This document shows positions 46,901 through 54,867 of a stretch of DNA of 64,000 bases, piece after piece. The DNA is from a virus. Location of the stretch: IMG/VR virus record IMGVR_UViG_3300017989_000002; one strand, written 5' to 3'. Numbering within the stretch: position 1 is the stretch's first letter; every line of letters begins with the position of its first letter. Made by a program: the position numbers and the translations under genes. Below the pieces are notes generated by a model. That model was given only the letters and a program-made list of their open reading frames with translations, was not told the origin of the DNA and did not search any database.

Positions 46901-47202
46901 CCGTTGTAGATGTACGAGCCCCTCTCGGTCATCCGAGGGAGGTCCATCACCTTGAGCCGGCGGCGCGACACGTCCTTGCCATTGCGCGACAGGACCACGT
47001 CGGCCTCGACAGGCACTGCCCACGTCTTCCCGTTGTCGATGGCGTCCGACTGGGCCGTCACGTCGTCGGGGTTCTTGGTGTCGCGGACCGCGACGTTCTC
47101 GAGGCGGATGCTGTCCCGGCCGTTCTCGACGGGGAACACCTCGGTCAGCGCCTCGGCGACCTCACGCTTCACGCTCTCGAAGCTGTCGACTGGGTTGGAC
47201 AC
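40999..47202 (-). CDS. rpoBC: Single-chain fused beta-beta' DNA-directed RNA polymerase
   Basis: Beta motifs TPEG, GYNFEDG, GDKLVGRHGNKG, RINLGQ, KLRHQV, GGQSLGE followed in the same frame by beta' motifs GGLFD, VLPPRFRP, KRQDFSAR, RDPALH, NADFDGD, SGSRG, GARKG, GEPSTQL. Confidence 0.95.
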   Translation of the reverse strand: MSNPVDSFESVKREVAEALTEVFPVENGRDSIRLENVAVRDTKNPDDVTAQSDAIDNGKTWAVPVEADVVLSRNGKDVSRRRLKVMDLPRMTERGSYIYNGNEYHISNLFTRKSGVYHRMRESGDAVADFNLANRSQFAGRRMKVQYDPATSEVAVMRGTSKIPLVDFLRMAGTDDSKIKAVLPESVWSSSLKASQPKKSRARLARWLGVKVDETESVLKEKLAETELYPETTRRTLGMDAKEVTPDVLLQSAKKLVGIVKGDPEDNQEAMEFQRIAGAPELFGDQLRKSKKAIQRRVKSAMARKEKGGVRAMMPSEALQRPFNSFFSTSLANQTELINPLQALSASRRTTLMGPHGGIRSEHVVSDEAKMIDPSQLGFLDPVHTPEGPRLGITLSIPLGTRKKGRKLESRFIDAKTGKTVWLDPTQLQGKSVAFPDEYRESGRKRVARKKRVLVQKDGEITDVAPRSVDYIMPSPREMFGITSNLIPFLSSDQGNRTMTASRQAEQAVPLKHREAPLVQVLSDSGKTFEEELGKRVARTSPVAGTVTQVQKDAVVIKDAGGKSHKVALFRNFGSKANSLYDSEVKVKAGDAVKAGDVVADTTFTRDGVLALGTNLRTGYLPLKGYNFEDGIVISETAAGKLTSEHVHKPETTLGKSSQVDRRKFVNSYPALFNKGQLENVQDDGVVKVGARVSKGDPLLLALHDPTDARPGRPKRGRRNSRRFVSGAITWDKDVEGEVVRIQRLKERGVERVVVHVRTAEPAKVGDKLVGRHGNKGVITRIMTDSQMPYVEEDGEKKVLDIALNPMGIPGRINLGQVQETAAGKVAARKGQVYKVKNFDPEISDYTAQVAKDLGAAGFSEDGKEVLFDPETEKPFRQRAAVGQQYFYKLRHQVDKKVSARSGSGSGRTASGGSTSPYDINHAPSSGAPHGGQSLGELGTYALLAHGARENLHEMQAYKGERNTALWDALREGTPLPPPKAPFVYEKFLSMLNGVRVNVRRNGNSLQLMPFTEDQVKALAPKALPQPGLVLHSTTAEPIRGGLFDPEITGGVDGDRWSRFELPEAIPNPVFEDAIKKLLGINQAKFNKLVSGETQVNGKRGGEAIEEMLSGIDVKAEEKRLKERLSSLKPGATRDKAYKRYRIVRALNEGGLDPSVYMMRSVPVLPPRFRPVTPQADGRLMTNDLNFLYKDVAFTAEGLQKLKDVHMDYVSMAPIRKGVYDGVKALSGVGGNISRRARSSQDDSYKGIIDLITGKVRRSDGSDGGRSKEGFFRKNMLRKRQDFSARSTITVEPGQDLDELGIPEKIAWTLYQPFAERELVREGMGYLDAEEEYAKKSDRSRHALERAMSQRPVLFKRDPALHKFNVQAFRPRLVKGSALEMHPLAVGGFNADFDGDAMSVYVPISDQAAREATKMFPSKNLFSPTTGAIMHTPGHEALLGLYLMTKPGKKTSKTFKTQAEAEKAFRTGNLNLDDIVRVGGAETTLGRLRVESVLPAQYRETGKRKVKDMTVLDAKRMKGLLSRLGREHEQDYGKVTNALTMLGNEHSYKEAFSIGLDDFRVVNKAKRDRIIGESNREVDALLRQGRKRKSAEVLSILDKATDRIDALTTQKLKADPTNIYQMVTSGSRGKPEQLKQIISTPGLVKNAKDEVVPFLVPSSYSEGLDTSAYWVTLAGARKGTLQKTQGVAMPGYMTRLMINSTVDQLVTEDDCGTGDGTKLSVDDHDALDRYLAKPLRVGGKTYRRGSVVTPHLLAAAKKGRKGAIEVRSPTRCQSEDGICKKCMGLSENGRPYDIGDNLGVVASQAVGEPSTQLSLNVFHQGGLAKGRGSDSMGTFKRLEELLTLNTNLPFTAPLAPQSGTVKDVKKADRGGHNVYMGDATLWVPPGQDLKVKKGQRVARGTALSTGPQNPRDVLNLRGLHQMQDYVTDQIQGVLKKAAPVKRRNIEVVVKAMTDITRVEDPGDHPDWVPGDIRPVTKVNAWNRKAARAGKKSVAHEPQVKGVKLLPKELKEDWLARLNFEDLGSSLTQAFREGWRSNIHGFHPLPGLAVGSEFGKTKGKVKDWRGQY

Positions 47203-47243
47203 TCATCCCCTCCTGGGCTTCTACCCTAGCGCGAGGAGGGCAC

Positions 47244-49151
47244 TCAGACCGCCCCAGCGCGACGTGGGGGCCTCTGGGAAGGCATCGGCCGCATGTCGAC
47301 GACAGCCCCGCCGCCGGACCCCTCTTGCCCTGAAGAGATCATGCCGTCGCCCACTCCCGGGAGATCCTCGTCGGTCGTGCCTTGGTGGGGCGCCTCTGGC
47401 GTGGGGTACGACGCCAAGACGTGGCGCACGCGGCGAGCCATCTCGGGCATCTTCTCGTTCATGCTGGCGAGCACCTGCTCTCGCTTCGCCGGATCGAGCT
47501 GGGCCAGGCGGTAGGCCCAGCCTTCGGCGAGGTCCAGCACGTTGACCTGCCGGTTCGACACGTCATCCTGCACGGGAGGCTCTGCGGCGGCCTGCGCTCG
47601 CGCCTGCTGCCGCATCTGGACCTCGGCCTGGACGTCGGCCTGGGCCTCGACCTGCATCTTCTGCATGGCCAGCTTCTGGCGGAGCTCGTGGCGGATCATC
47701 CGCTGCTCGTCGTCGTAGTCCTTGTCGAACTCGGTGAGCAGCGACTTCGCGCTCAGGTCGCCCATCGTCTTGAGCTGCATCAGCAGCTGCTTGGCCTGCA
47801 CGTCGTCCGCCATCCGGAACTGCTTCATGTGGACCTTGACGGGGCTCCACTTCATGAACATCGAGATGACGGGGATGACGAAGTGCTGCAGGAAGCGGTG
47901 CTGCATGTCCCGGTCGGCCAGGAACATGTTCTCCAGCATGCGGATCGACACGCTCGACCCCGACCAGGTGAGCCCTCCGAAGACGAACTCCTGGGGCACG
48001 TTCATCCCGACCAGGACGTGCTCCGACATCGCCCGGATCTCTTGCGTCAGCATGAGGGACTTGCCCGTGCCTCCGATGCGCTGGTGACCGAGAGGGAGGC
48101 TCATGACGGGCTTGTGGTTCGGGTCCTTGCGCCAGAAGGCGAGCTGCTGCTCGGTGTCCTTCTGCCACTGCCCCAGGTTGGTGTGGACGTAGGGGTCCGC
48201 GTTGGGGCTGGAGGAGGCCGGGAAGAACACGTCGAGGGGCAGCATGTGCTCGAGCAGCACGGCCTCGTTCGCCTTCTTCATGATCTGCAGGTGGTAGCTG
48301 TCCTTCATCGCAGCCAGGATGGGAGGCAGGCCCCAGCCCCGGGCCGACTTCGTGGACGGCGACGGCGCCGCGAAGTGGAACAGGTTGGCGTCCACCAGGC
48401 GGACGGACCTGTTGAGCCTCACCGCCTCGAGGAAGGCCTGCGGCATGTCCGCGATGAACCAGGGGTCCTTCTGACGGATCTTGGCCGCGACGTCGGCGGG
48501 GACCTTGTAGGTGTACCGCTTGTTGGTCGTCACGGGGTTGAAGTCGATGTCGACCTGCTCGGGCTCCCACCGGACGATGCGGATGTCCTTGTGGGAGCGA
48601 ATGGGCTTGTCGAAGGCGCGCGCGCGGCCCGTGTGCCCACAGGAGGGACAAGTCAGGTGGAAGCGGAAGCCCTTGAAGTCCCAGTCCTTCTTGAACTTCA
48701 GCCGCTTGACCCGGTGACTCTCCTTGCAGTGCGAACACTGCAGCATCTTGAGGAAGGGCAGGTAGATCGAGGCGAAGGCGTTGCCGTAGGTGTAGTAGTC
48801 GATGGCCAGCTCGACCTGGACCTTCTGGATGTTCAGCACCCGGTGGAGGAGGTCTTCCCACCGCTGGACGTGGCGGTCGAAGCCCTCCTCTTCGTTGGCG
48901 TCGACCTGGACCTTGGTGACGGGGTAGGCCGCCATCTTCCGGACGCCGGATGAGATGAGCGGGTTCGTCGTGGCGTGGTAGGCCAGGCGCTTGAACAGCT
49001 GCTTGATGTTCTTCGGCAGGTCCATCGAAGCGATGTCCCACCACGGGCTCGGGTACCGGCTGGACTGGTTGCGGTGGTCCAGCGAGCCGTGCTTGAACGA
49101 GCCTGTGAGAGGGGCACCGGAGGTCCCTGCGCTGGACGAGAAGCTACCCAT
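47244..49151 (-). CDS. Portal protein
   Basis: YPSPWWD, IDYYTYGNAF, GWGLPPIL, GMNVPQEFVFG; Zn-ribbon insert CSHC...CPSC; Q-rich tail. Confidence 0.8.
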   Translation of the reverse strand: MGSFSSSAGTSGAPLTGSFKHGSLDHRNQSSRYPSPWWDIASMDLPKNIKQLFKRLAYHATTNPLISSGVRKMAAYPVTKVQVDANEEEGFDRHVQRWEDLLHRVLNIQKVQVELAIDYYTYGNAFASIYLPFLKMLQCSHCKESHRVKRLKFKKDWDFKGFRFHLTCPSCGHTGRARAFDKPIRSHKDIRIVRWEPEQVDIDFNPVTTNKRYTYKVPADVAAKIRQKDPWFIADMPQAFLEAVRLNRSVRLVDANLFHFAAPSPSTKSARGWGLPPILAAMKDSYHLQIMKKANEAVLLEHMLPLDVFFPASSSPNADPYVHTNLGQWQKDTEQQLAFWRKDPNHKPVMSLPLGHQRIGGTGKSLMLTQEIRAMSEHVLVGMNVPQEFVFGGLTWSGSSVSIRMLENMFLADRDMQHRFLQHFVIPVISMFMKWSPVKVHMKQFRMADDVQAKQLLMQLKTMGDLSAKSLLTEFDKDYDDEQRMIRHELRQKLAMQKMQVEAQADVQAEVQMRQQARAQAAAEPPVQDDVSNRQVNVLDLAEGWAYRLAQLDPAKREQVLASMNEKMPEMARRVRHVLASYPTPEAPHQGTTDEDLPGVGDGMISSGQEGSGGGAVVDMRPMPSQRPPRRAGAV

Positions 49152-49812
49152 TTCGTGGTCTCCGCAGGTGCACCGCCTGGTCCATGAGCTCCTGGCGGAA
49201 CTCGGCGAGGTCCTCCCGCACGGCCAACACCTCGTTCAACTGTACCTCGGCGGGACTGTCCGGGTTGGCGAAGGGCCGGCTCCGCGAAGCCAGGAGGTGA
49301 CGCACCTGGTCGAAGGGGAGGTCCAGCTTCTTGTCCTCCACGTACTCGGTGATGACCGGCCGCGAGATGTCCAGTGGGGCCTCGAGGTACCACAGACCGT
49401 CGTGCAGGCAGGCCGCGCCGATGTAGGCCACCACGTCGTAGTGGAAGTCGGGCTGGGCGAGTTCGGCCATGGTCAGGAGCGTCCGGGCCACGTCCTCGGC
49501 CTCGGGCGGCTGCATGTAGGCGAAGTCTGGCATCTCGCCGGCGACGGCAGAGACCACCTTCTCGAACACGCCCCACTCCTCCCACGCCATGTCGTTGGTG
49601 GCCAGGAGGCGCCCTGCCTGCACGCGGTTCCACGCGACGTCGCCGAGGCCTCCGAAGCGCTCGGTGATCTCCTCCCGCAGAGCCGCAGAGTCGAGGTCCC
49701 TGTAGGACGGTCCCAGGTGCGCCAGGAGCAGGCGATGAAGAACGAGGAGGTGGGTGCCTGCCTCGTCATCGAACGGCCCCGGCGCGCGCAGAAGTGGCGC
49801 GGATGCCGTCAT
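49144..49812 (-). CDS. Hypothetical protein
   Basis: High GC3; coupled between KxA protein and portal. Confidence 0.65.
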   Translation of the reverse strand: MTASAPLLRAPGPFDDEAGTHLLVLHRLLLAHLGPSYRDLDSAALREEITERFGGLGDVAWNRVQAGRLLATNDMAWEEWGVFEKVVSAVAGEMPDFAYMQPPEAEDVARTLLTMAELAQPDFHYDVVAYIGAACLHDGLWYLEAPLDISRPVITEYVEDKKLDLPFDQVRHLLASRSRPFANPDSPAEVQLNEVLAVREDLAEFRQELMDQAVHLRRPRNG

Positions 49813-50894
49813 CCCCCGACACCCCATCCCATGACGATGCGACCGAGGATGGTGGAGAGGCGGGGAGGCGCGGACTTGTAGGTCGCCACCGGGTCGCGAG
49901 AGAACTTGTCCGCGAAGTCGCTGCCGAACATGTCCCGGATCCGGACCATGACGCTGCTGTTGGCCGCCGCGTCGATGAACTCCTGCTCGGGAACTCCTGC
50001 TCGGTACTCCTTCTGCGTGGCCAGATCGATGCGCTCGACCTTGGCGACCTTCGTCATGCAGGAGTCGTAGGCATCGAACAGCTCGCGTCCCCAGGACTCG
50101 GAGAGCCCGGTGCGCCGGTCGAAGTGGGCCAGGCCCTGTGCGAGCTCGAGCGGGGCGACGTCGCCGGCGACGGAGGCGATCTTCTCGAGGGCCTGCACGT
50201 GCTCGACCGGCGCCTCACGCTCCTCGAGGATGTGCCTGCGGGTCAGGAAGTGGGACTGCCAGGACGGGTTGAGGTCCCGTCCCGCGCTCTTCTCCAGCGA
50301 CTCGGGCACTCGCATGCCGGCGTCTTCCGCCGCCTGGGCGACGTTGAACGCGAACTCGTGCCGGTCCTCGGGGTCCATGCGGACGGCGTTGTCGTCGAAG
50401 TAGTGGACGGCCGCCTTGATCTCCTGGGCCGACGAGAGGGGGAAGCGCTCGCCGAGGGCGTAGCTCTCCTCCCCCGGGGCCTCCGCGACCTTGGTCACCT
50501 CCTGGCCACCCTCCAGCATCACGTAGGGGGTTCCGTGATTCTCCGTGTCGCGGAGATCGTCCAGGAGTGCAGGGACGCCGAGGCCGTACCGCCGGCAGGA
50601 GTACGCCAGCCGAGCGGCAGCCACCTTCTCCGCCTCGGGGGGAAGGTCTCCGTGCGTCTCCCCGAAGTACATCACCGACAGCGCGGTGTGGCCGGGACTG
50701 GACATGAGGAAGCGCGGCTCCCTCTCGCGTCCGTCCGTGAGGACGACAGCGAAGTCGGCGTCCTGGTGACCCTCCCGCTCCGTGGCCTCGGCCGTCTTCA
50801 CGACGTCCGGAAGGGTGGAGGGGTCGGGGAAGTGCTCCTTGAGGAGGGCACCGCCGTCGTCGAACACATCGAGGGTCGCAGGCTGCAGGGTCAT
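49809..50894 (-). CDS. KxA-motif head protein (MTLQPATL...)
   Basis: VKTAE, AEKVAA, TKVAE, LEKSAG, LEKIAS, TKVAK. Confidence 0.7.
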   Translation of the reverse strand: MTLQPATLDVFDDGGALLKEHFPDPSTLPDVVKTAEATEREGHQDADFAVVLTDGREREPRFLMSSPGHTALSVMYFGETHGDLPPEAEKVAAARLAYSCRRYGLGVPALLDDLRDTENHGTPYVMLEGGQEVTKVAEAPGEESYALGERFPLSSAQEIKAAVHYFDDNAVRMDPEDRHEFAFNVAQAAEDAGMRVPESLEKSAGRDLNPSWQSHFLTRRHILEEREAPVEHVQALEKIASVAGDVAPLELAQGLAHFDRRTGLSESWGRELFDAYDSCMTKVAKVERIDLATQKEYRAGVPEQEFIDAAANSSVMVRIRDMFGSDFADKFSRDPVATYKSAPPRLSTILGRIVMGWGVGG

Positions 50895-50927
50895 CGGAGC
50901 TCCGACGAAGGAGGTGGGCACAATCGT

Positions 50928-50944
50928 CGCATAAGTAACACGTA
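50928..50944 (+). promoter_or_regulatory. Putative phage promoter CGCATAAG at head of replication operon
   Basis: CGCATAAGtaac in the divergent gap between late and replication blocks. Confidence 0.6.
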
Positions 50945-50977
50945 GGCAGGCATTTCCGCGCTTGCCAGGAGGTGTGC

Positions 50978-51352
50978 ATGGGGAAGAACTTGTGGGAGGA
51001 GCTCGAAGCCAAGTCCGGCGGCGGGTCTCCTTCCTGGGGAACGAAGAAGGGGTCAAGCCCTTCGTACCGGGCGCCGACCGCCCCGTCGAGCAGCCGAGAA
51101 GCCGTCGTGGGCCGGAAGACCGACCCCGCGAAGACGGCGACCGGCGACCCGACGGACCGGCCGTACGCCTACGTCCAGAACCGACCAGACGGAACCATCG
51201 AGGAGTGGAGACCTCCGACGTTCTGGCAGATCGCGGCCGACATGGGCCTGCGAGCACTCGAGGCCGCGCTCGTCGGAGCGTTCTCCGAGCTGGCGCTGTA
51301 CTTCACTCGTCGCCGGTTCGTGCCCAAGCACCACTGGGACCGGCCGCAGTGA
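50978..51352 (+). CDS. Hypothetical protein (MGKNLWEE...)
   Basis: AGGAGG RBS. Confidence 0.7.
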   Translation: MGKNLWEELEAKSGGGSPSWGTKKGSSPSYRAPTAPSSSREAVVGRKTDPAKTATGDPTDRPYAYVQNRPDGTIEEWRPPTFWQIAADMGLRALEAALVGAFSELALYFTRRRFVPKHHWDRPQ

Positions 51353-51756
51353 AGGTCTACCTCCGCAAGCTCCGCAAGGGCCGACCGCAGTGGGCCTCCA
51401 TCTTGCGCCGACGACGCGGGAAGCTCGGACTGTCCTTCGACGAGGTTGGAGCCCTCGTGGGACGTACCGGGAGAGCCATCCGAGGCTACGAATCCGCCTA
51501 CCGGACACCGGATGTCCCCACCTACCTGCACCTCCTGGACGTCCTGGGTATCCGCGGTCAGTGGAGGGCCGAGGCCTTGGTGGCGTTCGCTCGCGCACGT
51601 CTTGGTGGACTCGACGTGCACGTCAACTCCCGCTCACCCGAGACCTACATCCGGGCGAGCATCCACGCTGCCGGTCTGACCGGCCAAGCCGCAGAGGACG
51701 CAGTCTCTTCGGTGCTGGAACAGCTACCTCTCTGCGATAGGCGAGATCGACGATGA
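51349..51756 (+). CDS. XRE-family HTH transcriptional regulator
   Basis: LRRRRGKLGLSFDEVGALVGRTGRAIRGYESAYRTP. Confidence 0.75.
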   Translation: MKVYLRKLRKGRPQWASILRRRRGKLGLSFDEVGALVGRTGRAIRGYESAYRTPDVPTYLHLLDVLGIRGQWRAEALVAFARARLGGLDVHVNSRSPETYIRASIHAAGLTGQAAEDAVSSVLEQLPLCDRRDRR

Positions 51757-53138
51757 ACCGAAGCAAGAAGGCGGGCGTGGCCTACCGCGGGGCGAGCCTC
51801 TGGCTCCCCAAGAGCCACGTGGGAGAGGAGGCCGTGAAGGGCTCCCTCTCGTTCCAGACGAAGAAGAGCTCCTCGCTGTTCGAGGCGTTCACCGAGACGC
51901 AGCATCACCTGGTGGTGCCGCGGCACTACATCCCGGTCGAGGACCTGGACGAGCTCGGCTGCGAGATCGTCTTCGACGACCCGCCCGAGTTCTTCCGCAT
52001 CCCCGGGTGGGTGAAGCCCACTCACGAGCTGCGGCGAGGCCTCGAGTTCGGGGAGGGGAAGACCAACCAGGTCGCCATGTGGAAGGCCCTCGTCGAGGGC
52101 GGCGACGGCGTCGGAGTCCTGAAGTGCGGCGGAGGCAAGACCGTCATCGGCATCCACGCGGCCCTCAGCGTGGGGTACGCGGCGATGTTCGTGGCCCACA
52201 ACGGCTCCCTGCTGGGGCAGTGGAAGGAGCGGCTCCTCGAGCACACGAACATCGATGAGGAGCACATCGGGATGATCGGCGACGGCACCCTGGACTGGGA
52301 GGGGAAGCCGTTCTGCATCGCGTCCATCCAGACGCTGTGGCAGGCCATCGAGGCCGGGCGCTTGCCCGAAGAGCTGCGGTGGCACTTCGGGACCGTGGTC
52401 TACGACGAGGTCCACCACATGGCGGCCGAGAAGTTCAACCTCGCGGCGGACCTGTGCCACGGCGTGCGGTGGGGCCTGACCGCGACTCCCGACCGCACCG
52501 ATGGTCTGGAGGGCCTCTACTCGGCCCACATCGGCCCCCAGCTCTACCGGGACCTCGAGCAGGACCTGACGCCTGGCGTGTTCTTCGTCCGTACGGGGCA
52601 GGAGCTCACGGGCGATCAGGAGGACGCCTCCAAGGACAAGCGCGGCGAGTTCAACATCGGGAAGTTCCACACGGCACTTCTCCGCGACCCGGCCCGAGAT
52701 CGCGTCATCGAGAAGTACGTGAACCTCGCGCTCAGCGACGACCACGAGGTCATGGTCCTCACCCCGAGCCGTGACCACCTGACAGATCTGTCGCACAAGT
52801 GGAAGGGAGACAACGTCTCGGTCATCCACGCCGGCGTGAAGCAGAAGGACCGGCCCGAGCTCGTCGACAACTGCAAGCTCCTGCTCGCCATCGAGGAGCT
52901 CGGCATCGAGGGTCTCGACAAGCCGATGCTCTCCGTCGTGGTCATCTCGGTGGCCATGAAGAACCGCAACGCCCTGCAGCAGATCATGGGCCGCATCCAG
53001 CGCGCCGTGGAAGGGAAGCCCGACCCGGTGGTCATCATCATCTTCGACGACAAGATCAAGCGCTGCCGCCGCTGGGCTGCCCGGATGCAGGCTTCCTTCA
53101 CCAGCTGGAACATCCCCTTCCGCATCATCGACGCATGA
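51753..53138 (+). CDS. Superfamily 2 DNA helicase (UvsW/XPB-like)
   Basis: KCGGGKT, VVYDEVHH, GLTATPDR, EGLD, QIMGRIQR. Confidence 0.88.
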   Translation: MNRSKKAGVAYRGASLWLPKSHVGEEAVKGSLSFQTKKSSSLFEAFTETQHHLVVPRHYIPVEDLDELGCEIVFDDPPEFFRIPGWVKPTHELRRGLEFGEGKTNQVAMWKALVEGGDGVGVLKCGGGKTVIGIHAALSVGYAAMFVAHNGSLLGQWKERLLEHTNIDEEHIGMIGDGTLDWEGKPFCIASIQTLWQAIEAGRLPEELRWHFGTVVYDEVHHMAAEKFNLAADLCHGVRWGLTATPDRTDGLEGLYSAHIGPQLYRDLEQDLTPGVFFVRTGQELTGDQEDASKDKRGEFNIGKFHTALLRDPARDRVIEKYVNLALSDDHEVMVLTPSRDHLTDLSHKWKGDNVSVIHAGVKQKDRPELVDNCKLLLAIEELGIEGLDKPMLSVVVISVAMKNRNALQQIMGRIQRAVEGKPDPVVIIIFDDKIKRCRRWAARMQASFTSWNIPFRIIDA

Positions 53139-53148
53139 GGAGGACCCC

Positions 53149-53874
53149 ATGAGGTCACCAGAAGACAAGAACCTGCTCCTCGGGAGGCTGCACGACGCCT
53201 ACCGAGACTGCGAGCGCTGCCCGCTGGCCCGGCCTACCGGGCGGCGGCGCATGAACGTCGTGCTGGGGGAAGGCAACCCCGGCGCGCGCGTCATGATCGT
53301 GGGCGAGAGCCCCGGCTACTACTCGGACACCACCGGGCGTCCGATGATCGACGAGGACGGTACGGCCATCATCAACCCGCTCCTGGAGGGCATCAACAGC
53401 AGCCGCGACGAGGTCTTCATCACCACGCTCGTCTCGTGCCGCCCCACTGCCGAGGACAGGCCCAACCTCGACCGCGCACCCACGAAGGAGGAGATCCGAC
53501 TCTGCCAGGCGCGGCTCCACTCCCTCATCGACATCGTGGACCCCTACGTCATCATCACGATGGGCCAGGCCGCGATGAAGACGCTCACCGGCTGCAAGCG
53601 GACGCTGCTGCAGGTCGCTCGCGACAAGACGCTGCCGATGCTCTGGGCTGAGACGCCCGGCCACTTCGTACCGGTGAAGCGGACCGCCTACGCCACCTTC
53701 CACCCCGGGTACCTGCTGAAGCAGTTCCGGGACATGGGCGAGGACCGCTTCTACGCGCCCGGCTCCGACATGCACCACACCTTCCTCACCTTCCACCGCG
53801 CGTTCTCGGTCGCCGACCAGCACGCGTTCATGAACTACGGCACCCCACACCCCGACCGCGGAGGCACTTCGTGA
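53149..53874 (+). CDS. Uracil-DNA glycosylase family 4-like
   Basis: CERCPL, VLGEGNP, IVGESPG, SCRP...PT-x-EEI-x-x-C, TFHPGYLL. Confidence 0.85.
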   Translation: MRSPEDKNLLLGRLHDAYRDCERCPLARPTGRRRMNVVLGEGNPGARVMIVGESPGYYSDTTGRPMIDEDGTAIINPLLEGINSSRDEVFITTLVSCRPTAEDRPNLDRAPTKEEIRLCQARLHSLIDIVDPYVIITMGQAAMKTLTGCKRTLLQVARDKTLPMLWAETPGHFVPVKRTAYATFHPGYLLKQFRDMGEDRFYAPGSDMHHTFLTFHRAFSVADQHAFMNYGTPHPDRGGTS

Positions 53875-54533
53875 CCTACAAGATCAAGCTCGACCTCACC
53901 CGTGACAACTACACCGCCGACGAGATCGAGGCGGCCCTCCTCGAGCGCCTCAAGGCGAAGAAGCTCAAGAGCGAGGAGCGCGACCTCCTCGTCGAGTACG
54001 CCTTCGACGTGCAGGACTCCGACGACGACGAGCTCGCCGCCGTGAAGCGCAAGCTGCAGGACGCAGTCAAGGCCGTGACCGACAACACCGCGAAGGCCGA
54101 GGCGGCCGAGAAGCGGCTGCGCGAGATCAACCAGCAGGCGTTCGAGTACATCGACGGCGTCGACACCGACCTCGCGGACATCGACGACGAGATCAAGCAG
54201 TTCCTGCTCCGGCAGACGTTCTCGGAGCGCAAGGGCGCCTACGAGTTCAAGTCGCACGGCTTCCGCGTCGCGCGGTCCCGCACCAACAAGGTCGCGGTCA
54301 CCTACGCCGGCGAGGAGGTGCTGGAAGCCCGGCCCGACCTCAAGGACGTCGAGGTGGACGGCGATCGGCTGTTCCGCCTGGTCATCAACGAGGGCCTCGC
54401 CGACCGCCTGCTCGAGGACGACGAGACGCCCGAGGACGTGCGCGAGCTGTTGAAGGCCCACCGCAAGGAGACCTTCAAGCGCAACCCCAGCATCAAGTTC
54501 GCCGTCGCGGACGGGGACGGTTCCGATGTCTGA
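53871..54533 (+). CDS. Coiled-coil acidic protein (possibly Gam/Gp157-like)
   Basis: Long heptad region then beta segment; in recombination/replication operon. Confidence 0.6.
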   Translation: MTYKIKLDLTRDNYTADEIEAALLERLKAKKLKSEERDLLVEYAFDVQDSDDDELAAVKRKLQDAVKAVTDNTAKAEAAEKRLREINQQAFEYIDGVDTDLADIDDEIKQFLLRQTFSERKGAYEFKSHGFRVARSRTNKVAVTYAGEEVLEARPDLKDVEVDGDRLFRLVINEGLADRLLEDDETPEDVRELLKAHRKETFKRNPSIKFAVADGDGSDV

Positions 54534-54867
54534 GGAGACCGTCATCGCCGAGGCCGACCGGCGCGGGGGCCAGCAGCGCGACATGAAGACCCGTGCCCTG
54601 ATGCCCGACCCCGAGGGCGCGAAGCCCGGAGCCGCGCGCGTCACCATCTCCCGCAAGATCGGCTGGTCGTCCGGCTTCGGGCGCGAGAAGGCGGATGTGG
54701 TGGTGGCGGTGGAGGTTCCGTGTGGTACCTCCACCGAGGCCATCCACCGGGCCATGGACCGTGCCAGCGCGTTGGTCGATGAGCGGCTCCCCCAGGAGCT
54801 CGACGACATGATCAACAAGTACTTCGAGGGCGGCCCCATCACCTTCGGGAACGGAGGTGGTGGATGA
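54526..54867 (+). CDS. Hypothetical protein
   Basis: Coupled ORF, high GC3. Confidence 0.65.
   Translation: MSEETVIAEADRRGGQQRDMKTRALMPDPEGAKPGAARVTISRKIGWSSGFGREKADVVVAVEVPCGTSTEAIHRAMDRASALVDERLPQELDDMINKYFEGGPITFGNGGGG

Noticed and set aside
40999-47202. Bacterial chromosomal rpoBC locus
   Set aside because: No rplK/A/J/L or rpsL neighbours; strongly diverged and shortened; flanked by portal and virion genes
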